The notes under the pieces were generated by a model. The model had not been told where the DNA came from. It searched no databases and saw only the letters and a list, made by a program, of their open reading frames with translations. Below, piece by piece: positions 38,331 to 47,492 of a stretch of DNA of 64,000 nucleotides. The stretch lies in the IMG/VR virus record IMGVR_UViG_3300038317_000166; one strand, 5' to 3'. Origin of the DNA: an uncultured virus (IMG/VR IMGVR_UViG_3300038317_000166). Taxonomy: Duplodnaviria > Heunggongvirae > Uroviricota > Caudoviricetes. Position numbers and translations under genes: made by a program. The stretch's first letter is position 1, and every line of letters begins with the position of its first letter.

Positions 38331-39255
38331 CTTTTTGCCCTCCGTTCTTAATATTTACTGTATCTACCTGATTATAGAAGCTGTTGTTATTGCCAGAAAT
38401 ATTGAAATTGAAGAATGTCGGATTGTTGTTTATAACCTGCTGCGTCAAATTGGATGCGGCAGGTTCTTTTTCTGCCGATTGTTCCTCACTACGAGGTTCA
38501 TCACCTGTCAGAGGCTCGTCCACCAAAGGCTCATCAACAATTTCGGCATCTACACTTTCCCCAAAGGACTCACAATAGGTTAGCGTGATATTCCTTGTTA
38601 TGAGGTTTGCAAGGTTACCTTTATACTCGCGCTTTCCGCCCCCGGTTGAGGGACACCACAAATTGATTGTTTCTTTACCGAAAGTGTTCCTTTCCGAACG
38701 GGTTACTGCGAAATACCAAACGCCTAATAAAAATGATTGCAAGCAAATATCTTTTGCTTTTAGAAGATCAGCTTTCGTTATGGTATCGCCATTCTCCAAT
38801 GAATAGAAAGGTTGACTATCCCCGATGGAGTCATCAACCTCAATTAATGCAATAAGTTCCTTAACAAGGCGAATATCTTTTTTCATGCTGCCTGTGTCAA
38901 CAAGCAAACCTATAACTTTGCACATATCTGCTAATGCGGTAGGATAACTTTCTTTGATACGTTCACCGAATGCGATCAATGCTGCATCATCACCGAAGGG
39001 GTATATTGAGCCACCTTCATTCTTACAAGTCTTATATTCCGAAGTATTGCCGCTAACAGTGCTGTCGGCGTATACAAATATACTTTTCCAATCAGGAACT
39101 ATCACCTTGGATAAGGCAAACAGAGCTATGGGTTCGGAATATGGCTCCGGATTTCCTGTATAGTATTCATTTGCTCCGTGCAGGGGCTTTCTTGCGCGTA
39201 AAAACAATGTGAAGAAAGTACCGCCGCAAAGGCGTTGTTTAACTGTTTTCGTCAT
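38323..39255 (-). CDS. Hypothetical protein: globular domain, acidic linker, C-terminal N/Q-rich motif
   Basis: 310-aa ORF, first gene of the leftward defence operon. Confidence 0.8.
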   Translation of the reverse strand: MTKTVKQRLCGGTFFTLFLRARKPLHGANEYYTGNPEPYSEPIALFALSKVIVPDWKSIFVYADSTVSGNTSEYKTCKNEGGSIYPFGDDAALIAFGERIKESYPTALADMCKVIGLLVDTGSMKKDIRLVKELIALIEVDDSIGDSQPFYSLENGDTITKADLLKAKDICLQSFLLGVWYFAVTRSERNTFGKETINLWCPSTGGGKREYKGNLANLITRNITLTYCESFGESVDAEIVDEPLVDEPLTGDEPRSEEQSAEKEPAASNLTQQVINNNPTFFNFNISGNNNSFYNQVDTVNIKNGGQKDE

Positions 39256-39280
39256 AGATTTTCACCACTTTTTCAAAAAC

Positions 39281-39336
39281 CAACTCGGCGAACTCCAACC
39301 AACTTAGCGAAGTATGGCTGGCGAACTCGGCAAACT
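39281..39336 (+). repeat. Short direct repeats (GCGAACT-like) in the divergent control region
   Basis: CTCGGCGAACT, CTTAGCGAAGT, CTGGCGAACT, CTCGGCAAACT. Confidence 0.55.
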
Positions 39337-39342
39337 ATCTCA

Positions 39343-39374
39343 TGTCCTTGTGAGAAATCGCAGGGGCATTTTTT
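39343..39374 (+). terminator. Terminator-like hairpin in the leader of the sigma-like gene
   Basis: 11-bp stem with G-U pairs, GAAA loop, T6 tail. Confidence 0.65.
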
Positions 39375-39554
39375 GTTGCTCTTGTATGGCGGCTAAGAGA
39401 GAAGAACCAATTTTGCAATTCACTCTAAACACCGCTAAACCATTATATCGCTTATTAACCCGAAAAACAATGGAATAAGTGTAAATTTTCACTAATTCTC
39501 GGAGATTTCCCCCCTGCGATTGCTCACGCAATTCAAATCACAGGAGGAAATCTA

Positions 39555-40058
39555 ATGAAAAACCAAGCAAACCTGAACCAAGACCGTGAGTACAAGGTCT
39601 ACATCCCCAGCACCCACCAGTTCATTCCGGTGACGAAGGAGTTCTACTATGAATACTACCGTCCCATCTGGCGCACACAGAAGGAAGCACAAAAACGCGG
39701 TCAGTGTATGTGCCCGAAAAGCAAGCTGTGGCGCTGCGACGGCTGCTGCCTCGACTGCCCATATCACTCTTCTGGCAATGTATGGTCGCTCGAGTATGAG
39801 CAGGAGCTCATGGGGGACAAGCATGAGGACCCCAGCGCTAACATCGAATCCATCGTGACCGACAAAATCGTACTGCAGCAGCTTTTCAAGCGCCTGGACG
39901 AACTCTTTCCTGAAGCCCGTCGCATCGGCGAGCTTCGCATGGAGGGTATCTCGGAGCGTGACATTGCAGACATTCTTGGAATGCCCCGCAGCACCTTCAG
40001 GTCGCGTCTCGAAAAAGTTGAAACTCTGCTACGTGAGGAGTACGGCGACATCCTCTAA
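39555..40058 (+). CDS. ECF/sigma-70 region 4-like regulator with a Cys cluster
   Basis: CMCP..CDGCCLDC, C-terminal HTH SERDIADILGMPRSTFRSRL. Confidence 0.75.
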   Translation: MKNQANLNQDREYKVYIPSTHQFIPVTKEFYYEYYRPIWRTQKEAQKRGQCMCPKSKLWRCDGCCLDCPYHSSGNVWSLEYEQELMGDKHEDPSANIESIVTDKIVLQQLFKRLDELFPEARRIGELRMEGISERDIADILGMPRSTFRSRLEKVETLLREEYGDIL

Positions 40059-40067
40059 TTAGGCATG

Positions 40068-40105
40068 ATCTCCGGCCGCCCTAATACGGTGGTCGGAGAT
40101 TTTTT
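40068..40105 (+). terminator. Rho-independent terminator after the sigma-like gene
   Basis: ATCTCCGGCCGCC / GGTGGTCGGAGAT stem followed by a T run. Confidence 0.75.
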
Positions 40106-40122
40106 CAAAAAGTTTTTTAGAT

Positions 40123-40155
40123 TTTCGTCCAAATGGACCTTTTCGTTCCAGTGAG
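40123..40155 (+). promoter_or_regulatory. Bipartite motif TTTCGTCCAAA-N11-GTTCCAGTGAG, copy 1
   Basis: Both 11-bp boxes are identical at 44580-44612 with the same spacer length. Confidence 0.75.
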
Positions 40156-40201
40156 TTGTGAAAGCGATACACAACCGGCTTTCAGAACGGAGGTGAAACG
40201 A

Positions 40202-40417
40202 ATGTATCAGGCCCAAACAAAATCCCAGAGCTGCACTGCGGACGAAGAACTCGTCGATGTTCTCACCGCAATCAGCGTCGTGTCCATGCGACTGGCAAGA
40301 AAACTGACCTTGCTGTCCACACAGAGTCAATCTACGGAAGGAGGAAAAACAGATGAGCAAAATGAGCGAAATGGCCGCAACCATCGAAGACCTGCGCAGT
40401 GCCGCTGCCGCTATTAA
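40202..40417 (+). CDS. Small phage hypothetical protein
   Basis: RBS GGAGGTG before ATG 40202. Confidence 0.55.
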   Translation: MYQAQTKSQSCTADEELVDVLTAISVVSMRLARKLTLLSTQSQSTEGGKTDEQNERNGRNHRRPAQCRCRY

Positions 40418-40667
40418 CGAAGCTGCCAATTGGCTGGCAAAGCAGTTCAGCGGCGACGAACCTGTACCTGAAGAAACAATTCCTGCCAAGCCTGTACTTA
40501 CATTGGAAGCGGTCAGAGCAGTTCTTGCGAACAAGTCCCGTGCCGGTTTCACCGCTCAGATTCGCTTGCTGCTCCAGAAATACGATGCCGACAAGCTGTC
40601 TGGTATCGACCCAGCTAACTACAAAGCACTGCTTGCCGATGTGGAGGGACTGACCGATGCCACCTAA
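40353..40667 (+). CDS. Conserved phage replication-module hypothetical protein
   Basis: LTLEAVRAVLA.KSRAG..LL.KY.A.KLS; RBS AGGAGG. Confidence 0.8.
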   Translation: MSKMSEMAATIEDLRSAAAAINEAANWLAKQFSGDEPVPEETIPAKPVLTLEAVRAVLANKSRAGFTAQIRLLLQKYDADKLSGIDPANYKALLADVEGLTDAT

Positions 40668-41796
40668 AGGACACGCCTTACTCTCCGCATCCAGCTCCGA
40701 ACGCTGGCTCCATTGCCCGCCATCGGCACGGCTCTGTGAGAGTTACGATGACAAAGGCAGCGATTACGCCGCCGAAGGCACCGACGCCCATACGCTCTGT
40801 GAATATAAGCTTCGCCGGGCGCTGGGTATGGAGGCCGAAGACCCAACTGAAAACCTCACCTGGTTCAATGAGGAAATGGACGACTGCGCCACCGGCTATG
40901 CCACCTATGTTCTCGAACAGGTGGAGGCTGCTAAGCAAACCTGCGCCGATCCTGTTGTCATGATCGAGCAGCGTGTAGACTTCTCCCGCTGGGTAGCGTC
41001 CGGCTTCGGTACCGCAGATTGCCTTATCATTGCAGACGGCACCCTGAAAATCATCGACTACAAGCACGGTCGCGGAATCATGGTCGACGCAACCGAAAAC
41101 CCGCAAATGCAGTGCTACGCCCTCGGGGCTCTGGAACTGTTCGACGGAATCTACGACATTGATATCGTTCACATGACCATTTATCAGCCACGCCGCGATA
41201 ACATCAGCACATACGAGCTCTCGAAAGATGAGCTTTACCGCTGGGCAGACGAGGTACTAAAACCTACAGCCGACCTTGCTTTCGCTGGTGATGGAAACTT
41301 CCTCTGCGGCGAATGGTGTGGCTTCTGTAAGGCAAAGCACGATTGCCGTGCCAGAGCTGACGCCAATATGGAGCTTGCCCGTTATGACTTCAAGCTGCCG
41401 CCGCTGCTTACAGACGAGGACATTGAAGATATCCTCTCAAAGGTCGATGACCTTGTCGCTTGGGCGGCGGACATCAAGGAATACGCATTGCAGCAAGCAA
41501 TCAGCGGCAAAGACTGGACCGGATATAAGCTGGTCGAAGGACGTTCCAACCGCAGATACACCAATGAGACGGTAGTCGCCGACGCAGTCAGCAGGGCTGG
41601 CTTTGATCCATACGAACGCAAGATTCTCGGTGTCACTGCCATGCAGAAGCTGCTCGGAAAATCCCGCTTTGATGAACTTCTCGCGGCCTACATTGAAAAG
41701 CCGCAAGGTAAACCAACGCTCGTGCCGGAGAGCGATAAGCGCCCGGCCATGAACACAGCCAAAAATGATTTTATGGAGGAAAACGATTATGAATAA
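40657..41796 (+). CDS. DUF2800 PD-(D/E)xK (Cas4-like) exonuclease
   Basis: HALLSASSSERW..CP, FGTADC, IIDYKHG, QMQCYALG, WCGFC. Confidence 0.88.
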   Translation: MPPKGHALLSASSSERWLHCPPSARLCESYDDKGSDYAAEGTDAHTLCEYKLRRALGMEAEDPTENLTWFNEEMDDCATGYATYVLEQVEAAKQTCADPVVMIEQRVDFSRWVASGFGTADCLIIADGTLKIIDYKHGRGIMVDATENPQMQCYALGALELFDGIYDIDIVHMTIYQPRRDNISTYELSKDELYRWADEVLKPTADLAFAGDGNFLCGEWCGFCKAKHDCRARADANMELARYDFKLPPLLTDEDIEDILSKVDDLVAWAADIKEYALQQAISGKDWTGYKLVEGRSNRRYTNETVVADAVSRAGFDPYERKILGVTAMQKLLGKSRFDELLAAYIEKPQGKPTLVPESDKRPAMNTAKNDFMEENDYE

Positions 41797-42364
41797 CAAC
41801 ACAAACAAAGTAAACAACCCCATGAAGGTTATTACCGGCCCCGACACCCGCTGGAGTTATGCGAATGTATGGGAAGCCAAGAGTATTAACGGCGGTACGC
41901 CAAAGTTCTCTGTCAGCCTTATCGTTCCCAAGTCTAACACAAAGACCGTCGCCAAGATCAGGGCCGCTATCGAAGCTGCATACCATGACGGCGAGTCCAA
42001 GCTGAAGGGCAACGGCAAGTCTGTGCCTCCACTGGCGGCACTCAAAATTCCTCTCAGGGACGGAGATTCTGAGCGTCCTGACGATCCCGCTTATGCCAAC
42101 GCTTACTTCATCAACGCAAACTCTGCCACCGCTCCCGGAATTGTCGATGCTGACCGCAATCCCGTTCTTACCCGCTCCGAGGTTTACTCCGGTGTTTACG
42201 GCAGGGCAAGCATCAGTTTTTATGCCTTCAATAGCAATGGAAACAAGGGAATCGCATGTGGTTTGAACAACCTGCAGAAGGTACGCGACGGCGAGCCTCT
42301 CGGCGGCAAGACCAGTGCTGAGTCCGATTTCGCAACCGACGATGACGACGATTTTCTGAACTGA
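41789..42364 (+). CDS. DUF2815 single-stranded DNA-binding protein
   Basis: RWSYANVWE, PLRDGD, YSGVY, GLNNLQ, acidic DDDDFL tail. Confidence 0.88.
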   Translation: MNNNTNKVNNPMKVITGPDTRWSYANVWEAKSINGGTPKFSVSLIVPKSNTKTVAKIRAAIEAAYHDGESKLKGNGKSVPPLAALKIPLRDGDSERPDDPAYANAYFINANSATAPGIVDADRNPVLTRSEVYSGVYGRASISFYAFNSNGNKGIACGLNNLQKVRDGEPLGGKTSAESDFATDDDDDFLN

Positions 42365-42384
42365 GAAAGGAAGGGTGAAAAGCT

Positions 42385-42570
42385 ATGACAACCTTACAAA
42401 CCATCTTGTTGACCGTCCTTATTGCCATCTGGCTCTGTTTCAGCATTGTATTCCTGATTAATGCGATTCAGAGCGCAGTGTATGACCGCAAGCGTGAGAA
42501 GCGTGAAAAAGCACAGGCCGTCCGTGATAAGGAATACCATGAGCTGCGCATGAAGGAAATCAGCAAGTAA
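42385..42570 (+). CDS. Small membrane-anchored protein
   Basis: N-terminal hydrophobic helix, charged tail, RBS. Confidence 0.65.
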   Translation: MTTLQTILLTVLIAIWLCFSIVFLINAIQSAVYDRKREKREKAQAVRDKEYHELRMKEISK

Positions 42571-42580
42571 CAGTATTTAT

Positions 42581-42613
42581 GAGGGCGGCAGAGACATTCT
42601 TTGCCGCCCTCTT
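42581..42613 (+). terminator. GC-rich hairpin upstream of the DNA polymerase gene
   Basis: GAGGGCGGCA / TGCCGCCCTC stem. Confidence 0.6.
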
Positions 42614-42634
42614 CTCAATAAAGGACGGTTGATT

Positions 42635-44575
42635 ATGAAAACACTCAGTATAGATATTGAAACCTATAGCAGCGCCAGCCTCGCCAAGAGCGGAGTGTAC
42701 CGCTATGCTGAAGCACCGGACTTTGAGATTCTGCTGTTCGGCTATTCCGTAGATGGTGGCTCTGTTCAGGTCGTTGACCTTGCCTGCGACGAGAAAATAC
42801 CGCCAGAAGTGATAGACACGCTCATGGATGAAACGGTGACTAAATGGGCCTTTAACGCCAACTTCGAACGGGTCTGCCTGTCTCGCTTTCTTGGACTCCC
42901 GACCGGCGAGTATCTCGACCCTGTTTCATGGAAGTGCTCGATGGTATGGGCTGCGACAATGGGACTGCCGCTTTCACTGGAAGGCGTCGGATCGGTTCTT
43001 AAGCTGGATAAGCAGAAGCTCACCGAGGGCAAAGACCTCATTAAATACTTCTGCCAGCCTTGTGCTCCGACGAAATCCAACGGCCAGCGCTCCCGAAATT
43101 ACCCGTACCACGCGCCGGACAAGTGGTCGGCGTTCAAAAAATATAACGCCCGCGATGTTGAAACGGAGATGTCTATTCAAGAAAAGCTTGCTATGTTTGC
43201 GGTGTCGGATAGTGTCTGGGATGAATATCGCCTTGACCAAGAGATAAACGACCGAGGTGTGGCTCTTGATATGACACTGGTGCAGGGGGCCATTGCTATG
43301 GACGGTCGCTCCCGTTCTGAGCTCACCACTGCCTTGAAATCGCTGACCGAGCTAGATAACCCAAATTCGGTTCAGCAAATGAAGCAGTGGCTTGCTGACA
43401 ACGGCATGGAAACCGATACGCTCGGTAAAAAAGCTGTTGTCGAGTTACTCAAAACTGCACCACCGGATCTTGCTAATGTTCTATCCCTACGGCAGCAACT
43501 TGCCAAATCATCGGTACGAAAGTATCAGACAATGCAAAACGCAGTCTGCTCCGATAGTCGCGCCCGTGGAATGTTTCAGTTTTATGGAGCCAATCGCACA
43601 GGACGCTGGGCAGGCAGGCTCATACAGATGCAAAACCTACCACAGAACCATTTGGAGGATTTAGCTGAGGCTCGCGCTCTTGTTCGCTGCGGCGACTTTG
43701 ATGCGTTGGAAATGCTCTACGAGGATGTGCCGGACACGCTGTCGCAGCTTATCCGCACAGCATTTGTACCAAGAACCGGTGCAAAGTTCATCGTTTCCGA
43801 CTTCAGCGCCATCGAAGCCCGTGTGATCGCATGGCTCGCCAGTGAACAGTGGCGGCAGGACGTGTTTGCCAAAGGCGACGACATCTACTGCGCCTCAGCC
43901 AGTCAGATGTTCAAGGTGCCAGTTGAGAAGCATGGCATCAATGGCCATCTGCGGCAGAAAGGCAAAATCGCCGAACTCGCCCTTGGTTATGGCGGCTCAG
44001 TCGGTGCGCTCAAAGCAATGGGCGCTCTTGAAATGGGGCTAGCTGAAGATGAGCTTCCTCCGCTCGTTGACGCATGGCGGCAGTCCAATCCGCGCATCGT
44101 GAAATTCTGGTGGGACGTTGACCGCGCCGCGATGGAGGCAGTTCGTCACAAGCATACCAATGAAACCCACGGCATCGTTTTTACCTGCCGGAGCGGGATG
44201 CTGTTCATCACACTTCCGTCTGGTAGGCAGCTTGTCTATGTAAAGCCGCGCATCGGCGAGAACAAGTTTGGTGGCAGTTGCATTACTTACGAAGGTGTCG
44301 GCGGCACAAAAAAGTGGGAGCGGCTGGATTCTTATGGGCCAAAGTTTGTGGAAAACATCGTTCAGGCCACGGCCCGCGACATACTCTGCTACGCCATGCA
44401 GACACTCCGGTGCTGTTCCATTGTCATGCATATCCACGACGAAGTTGTAATTGAAGCCGATACGCACATGTCGCTGGATGCTGTCTGCCAGCAGATGGGT
44501 CGGACGCCGCCATGGGCAAATGGGCTGCTACTCCGTGCCGATGGCTACGAAACAGATTTTTATAAAAAAGATTAA
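42635..44575 (+). CDS. Phage family A DNA polymerase
   Basis: DIET exonuclease I, TGRWAG..QNLP, DFSAIEAR, GKIAELALGYG, HIHDE. Confidence 0.95.
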   Translation: MKTLSIDIETYSSASLAKSGVYRYAEAPDFEILLFGYSVDGGSVQVVDLACDEKIPPEVIDTLMDETVTKWAFNANFERVCLSRFLGLPTGEYLDPVSWKCSMVWAATMGLPLSLEGVGSVLKLDKQKLTEGKDLIKYFCQPCAPTKSNGQRSRNYPYHAPDKWSAFKKYNARDVETEMSIQEKLAMFAVSDSVWDEYRLDQEINDRGVALDMTLVQGAIAMDGRSRSELTTALKSLTELDNPNSVQQMKQWLADNGMETDTLGKKAVVELLKTAPPDLANVLSLRQQLAKSSVRKYQTMQNAVCSDSRARGMFQFYGANRTGRWAGRLIQMQNLPQNHLEDLAEARALVRCGDFDALEMLYEDVPDTLSQLIRTAFVPRTGAKFIVSDFSAIEARVIAWLASEQWRQDVFAKGDDIYCASASQMFKVPVEKHGINGHLRQKGKIAELALGYGGSVGALKAMGALEMGLAEDELPPLVDAWRQSNPRIVKFWWDVDRAAMEAVRHKHTNETHGIVFTCRSGMLFITLPSGRQLVYVKPRIGENKFGGSCITYEGVGGTKKWERLDSYGPKFVENIVQATARDILCYAMQTLRCCSIVMHIHDEVVIEADTHMSLDAVCQQMGRTPPWANGLLLRADGYETDFYKKD

Positions 44576-44579
44576 AGGG

Positions 44580-44612
44580 TTTCGTCCAAAGTGGGCTTTT
44601 TGTTCCAGTGAG
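44580..44612 (+). promoter_or_regulatory. Bipartite motif TTTCGTCCAAA-N11-GTTCCAGTGAG, copy 2
   Basis: Matches 40123-40155; intergenic, upstream of the DUF4406-primase genes. Confidence 0.75.
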
Positions 44613-44656
44613 ATTTAGAGGTGGGCAAAAAGTCCGCCGTGAAAGGAGTGTTCCTA

Positions 44657-45082
44657 ATGAGTATAGACAAATACAACAGTGAGGGCTATTACGACCCAAC
44701 TTCCTATGAAGCAATGTCCATTATTGAAAAAGAGGAACGGGCGCTTCGAGCATTCCGGCCTATCATATATATTTGCTCTCCATTTTCAGGAGATGTGGAA
44801 GGTAACGTGAAGGCCGCGCAGGGCTACAGCCGATATGCCGTGGACAATGGCTACATTCCCATCGCACCGCACCTGCTGTTCCCGCAGTTTCTAAACGATG
44901 ATAATCCCGCCGAGCGCCAGCTTGGGTTGTTCTTCGGAAACGCCCTGATGAGCAAATGCTCAGAGGTATGGGTGTTCGGCAGTATTATCTCGGCCGGTAT
45001 GGAATCCGAAATCAAAAGAGCCAGGTGGAAGAACTATCGTTTGCGCTACTTTACCGAAAACTGCGAGGAGGTGCAGGTTTGA
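44657..45082 (+). CDS. DUF4406-like protein
   Basis: YICSPF.GD, APHLLFPQF, CSEVWVFG..SAGM..EI. Confidence 0.78.
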   Translation: MSIDKYNSEGYYDPTSYEAMSIIEKEERALRAFRPIIYICSPFSGDVEGNVKAAQGYSRYAVDNGYIPIAPHLLFPQFLNDDNPAERQLGLFFGNALMSKCSEVWVFGSIISAGMESEIKRARWKNYRLRYFTENCEEVQV

Positions 45083-47355
45083 TGTTCACCGTTTATCATT
45101 CCGATTTTATCGGCAATCCCGGCAACTGCTCCTATCCGCACAAAGCCCCAATAATCGATTCAACATCTCTCATCGCTGCGGTCGGTCGAGACTATGTGTG
45201 CGCAGAGTACAAAAACAACTATCGAAACGGTGATAACTTCATAGGTAGCGACTGTCTGCCGGTGGACTGTGATAACGACCACTCGGAAAACCCTGAAGAT
45301 TGGATGCTGCCAGCCGATGTTATGGAGGCGTTTCCCGGCGTGACCTTTGCGGTTCATTACAGCCGGTCCAATATGCGCGAAAAGAACGGTAAACCCGCTC
45401 GGCCGAAGTTTCACGTTCTTTTTCCCATCGACCACATAGCAGACGCAACTTGCTACAGCGATATGAAGAAGCTGGTCAACGCCATCTTCCCGTATTTTGA
45501 CACCAAGGCGCTGGATGCTGCTCGTTTTTTCTTCGGTACCAATTCGCCAGAGGTGGAGATTTACGAAGGTAGCATGAACTTAAGCGAGTTTTTAGAAGGC
45601 GATGATTTCGATGTGGAAATGACCAGTGGTCTTCGTGCCAATCAGGTCATTCCAGAAGGTAGCCGTAACGCCACTATGTCCCGCTTCGCCGGTCGTGTCA
45701 TTAAAAAGTATGGTGACGGTGACACTGCTTACCAGTGTTTTCTGGAAGAAGCCGCGAAATGCTCTCCACCGCTTGGGGAACAGGAGCTATTTACCATCTG
45801 GCACAGCGCCCAACGCTTCTTTGCAAAGGTTCAACAGCAGGACGGATATGTGCCACCGGAGGTGTATAACGACCCTGCGTCATATAAACCCGGAGATTAC
45901 TCCGATGTGGGACAGGCAGAAGTGCTGGCAAAATACTTCTCCGGTGAATTGCGCTACTCTCCGGCTACGCACTTCATCCGCTATAACGAGCACTATTGGC
46001 AGGAAAGTGAGCCCGGCGCACAGGCCGTCGCCCATGAGCTGACCCGTCGCCAGCTCACGGAAGCCACGAAAGACCTGCAATCGGCGATGAAACTGCTGAC
46101 GGAAAACGGCGGTCAGGAAATCGTCGAGAATACCTCCAAGGCAAAGGCTGAGTCTCTTATGAACGATGCGCAGCTTGAAACATATCGGGATTTTCTTGCG
46201 GCCAAAGCATATCAGTCCTTTGCCACTCGCCGCCGGGATTCCAAAAATATCACCGCAACGCTGAAGGAGTCTCATCCCATGCTGGAGATCTCGCCGCGTG
46301 ACCTTGATGCCGACTGCTTTCTACTGTGCACGCCTGCTGCTACTTACGATTTGAGAAAAGGCATGGCCGGAGCCAGAAAACATTCGCCGGAGGATTTTAT
46401 CACCAAAATGACCTCGGTCTCACCCAGCGATAAAGGCAAACAACTCTGGCTGGACAGCCTGAATCTCATCTTCTGTGGTAATCAGGAGCTAATTAACTAT
46501 GTGCAGATGATTTGCGGTCTCGCTGCTATCGGTAAGGTTTATGTGGAAGCTCTGATTATTGCTTACGGAGGCGGGCGCAACGGTAAGTCCACCTTCTGGA
46601 ACGCCGTTTCCCGCGTGCTCGGTCTCTATAGCGGCAATATCTCCGCCGATACGCTGACAGTCGGATGCCGCCGCAATATTAAGCCAGAAATGGCCGAGGT
46701 CAAGGGCAAGCGACTGCTCATTGCGGCTGAAATGCAGGAAGGCGCAAGGCTTAACGATTCTACTGTCAAGCAGCTTTGCTCCACAGATGATGTTTTTGCC
46801 GAGAAAAAGTACAAGGACCCCTTCAGCTTCACGCCCTGTCACACGCTGGTCCTCTATACCAACCACCTGCCAAAGGTCAGTGCCTCCGATGACGGTATCT
46901 GGCGCAGGCTGATTGTCATTCCATTTGATGCCAAGATTGAAGGCAGCAGCGATATCAAGAACTATGGCGAGTACCTTTATCAGAACGCCGGTGAAAGCAT
47001 TCTCGCTTGGATTATTGATGGTGCCAAAAAAGTCATTGCGCTGGATTACAAAATCCCGGTACCGGAATGTGTGCAGAAAGCCATTGCGGAGTACCGGGCG
47101 CAAAACGACTGGTTTGGCCATTTCCTTGAGGATAAATGTGAGCTTGGTGCCAGTTTCCGGGAAAGTTCCAGTGCGCTTTATCAGACGTATCGGAATTATT
47201 GCATTGACACCAATGAATATATCCGCAGTACCACTGATTTCTATTCTGCACTGGAGGCTGCTGGGTATGGCCGTATCAAGGTCAAAAACAAGCGGTTCTT
47301 TACAGGACTGCGACTAAAAACCGACGACGGAGATTTTGAGGATTTCCTGAACTGA
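45082..47355 (+). CDS. Primase with P4/D5-type SF3 helicase
   Basis: DCDNDH, PEGSRN (PriCT), GGRNGKST, YTNHLP, GIWRRL. Confidence 0.92.
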   Translation: MFTVYHSDFIGNPGNCSYPHKAPIIDSTSLIAAVGRDYVCAEYKNNYRNGDNFIGSDCLPVDCDNDHSENPEDWMLPADVMEAFPGVTFAVHYSRSNMREKNGKPARPKFHVLFPIDHIADATCYSDMKKLVNAIFPYFDTKALDAARFFFGTNSPEVEIYEGSMNLSEFLEGDDFDVEMTSGLRANQVIPEGSRNATMSRFAGRVIKKYGDGDTAYQCFLEEAAKCSPPLGEQELFTIWHSAQRFFAKVQQQDGYVPPEVYNDPASYKPGDYSDVGQAEVLAKYFSGELRYSPATHFIRYNEHYWQESEPGAQAVAHELTRRQLTEATKDLQSAMKLLTENGGQEIVENTSKAKAESLMNDAQLETYRDFLAAKAYQSFATRRRDSKNITATLKESHPMLEISPRDLDADCFLLCTPAATYDLRKGMAGARKHSPEDFITKMTSVSPSDKGKQLWLDSLNLIFCGNQELINYVQMICGLAAIGKVYVEALIIAYGGGRNGKSTFWNAVSRVLGLYSGNISADTLTVGCRRNIKPEMAEVKGKRLLIAAEMQEGARLNDSTVKQLCSTDDVFAEKKYKDPFSFTPCHTLVLYTNHLPKVSASDDGIWRRLIVIPFDAKIEGSSDIKNYGEYLYQNAGESILAWIIDGAKKVIALDYKIPVPECVQKAIAEYRAQNDWFGHFLEDKCELGASFRESSSALYQTYRNYCIDTNEYIRSTTDFYSALEAAGYGRIKVKNKRFFTGLRLKTDDGDFEDFLN

Positions 47356-47363
47356 TGGACTAT

Positions 47364-47462
47364 GGGGTAACCTCGATAAAGGTCATATACAAAAAGTCTC
47401 TTAAGGCCTTAAAAAATAAGTCTAAGAAAAGTTTTAGAAATGACCTGCGCCGAGGTTACCCC
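47364..47462. other. Candidate replication origin of the right element
   Basis: GGGGTAACCTCG-N4-AGGTCAT / ATGACCT-N4-CGAGGTTACCCC around an AT-rich core, directly after the primase. Confidence 0.6.
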
Positions 47463-47492
47463 TCCTTAAAATTTCTGATGGAGCGTGAGAAT

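Noticed and set aside
39281..39336. Short repeats as a mini CRISPR array
   Set aside because: Units are about 10 bp and degenerate with no spacers; more like protein-binding sites
40657..41796. Cas4-like nuclease as a sign of CRISPR
   Set aside because: It sits in the phage SSB/polymerase module; no array or other cas genes were seen
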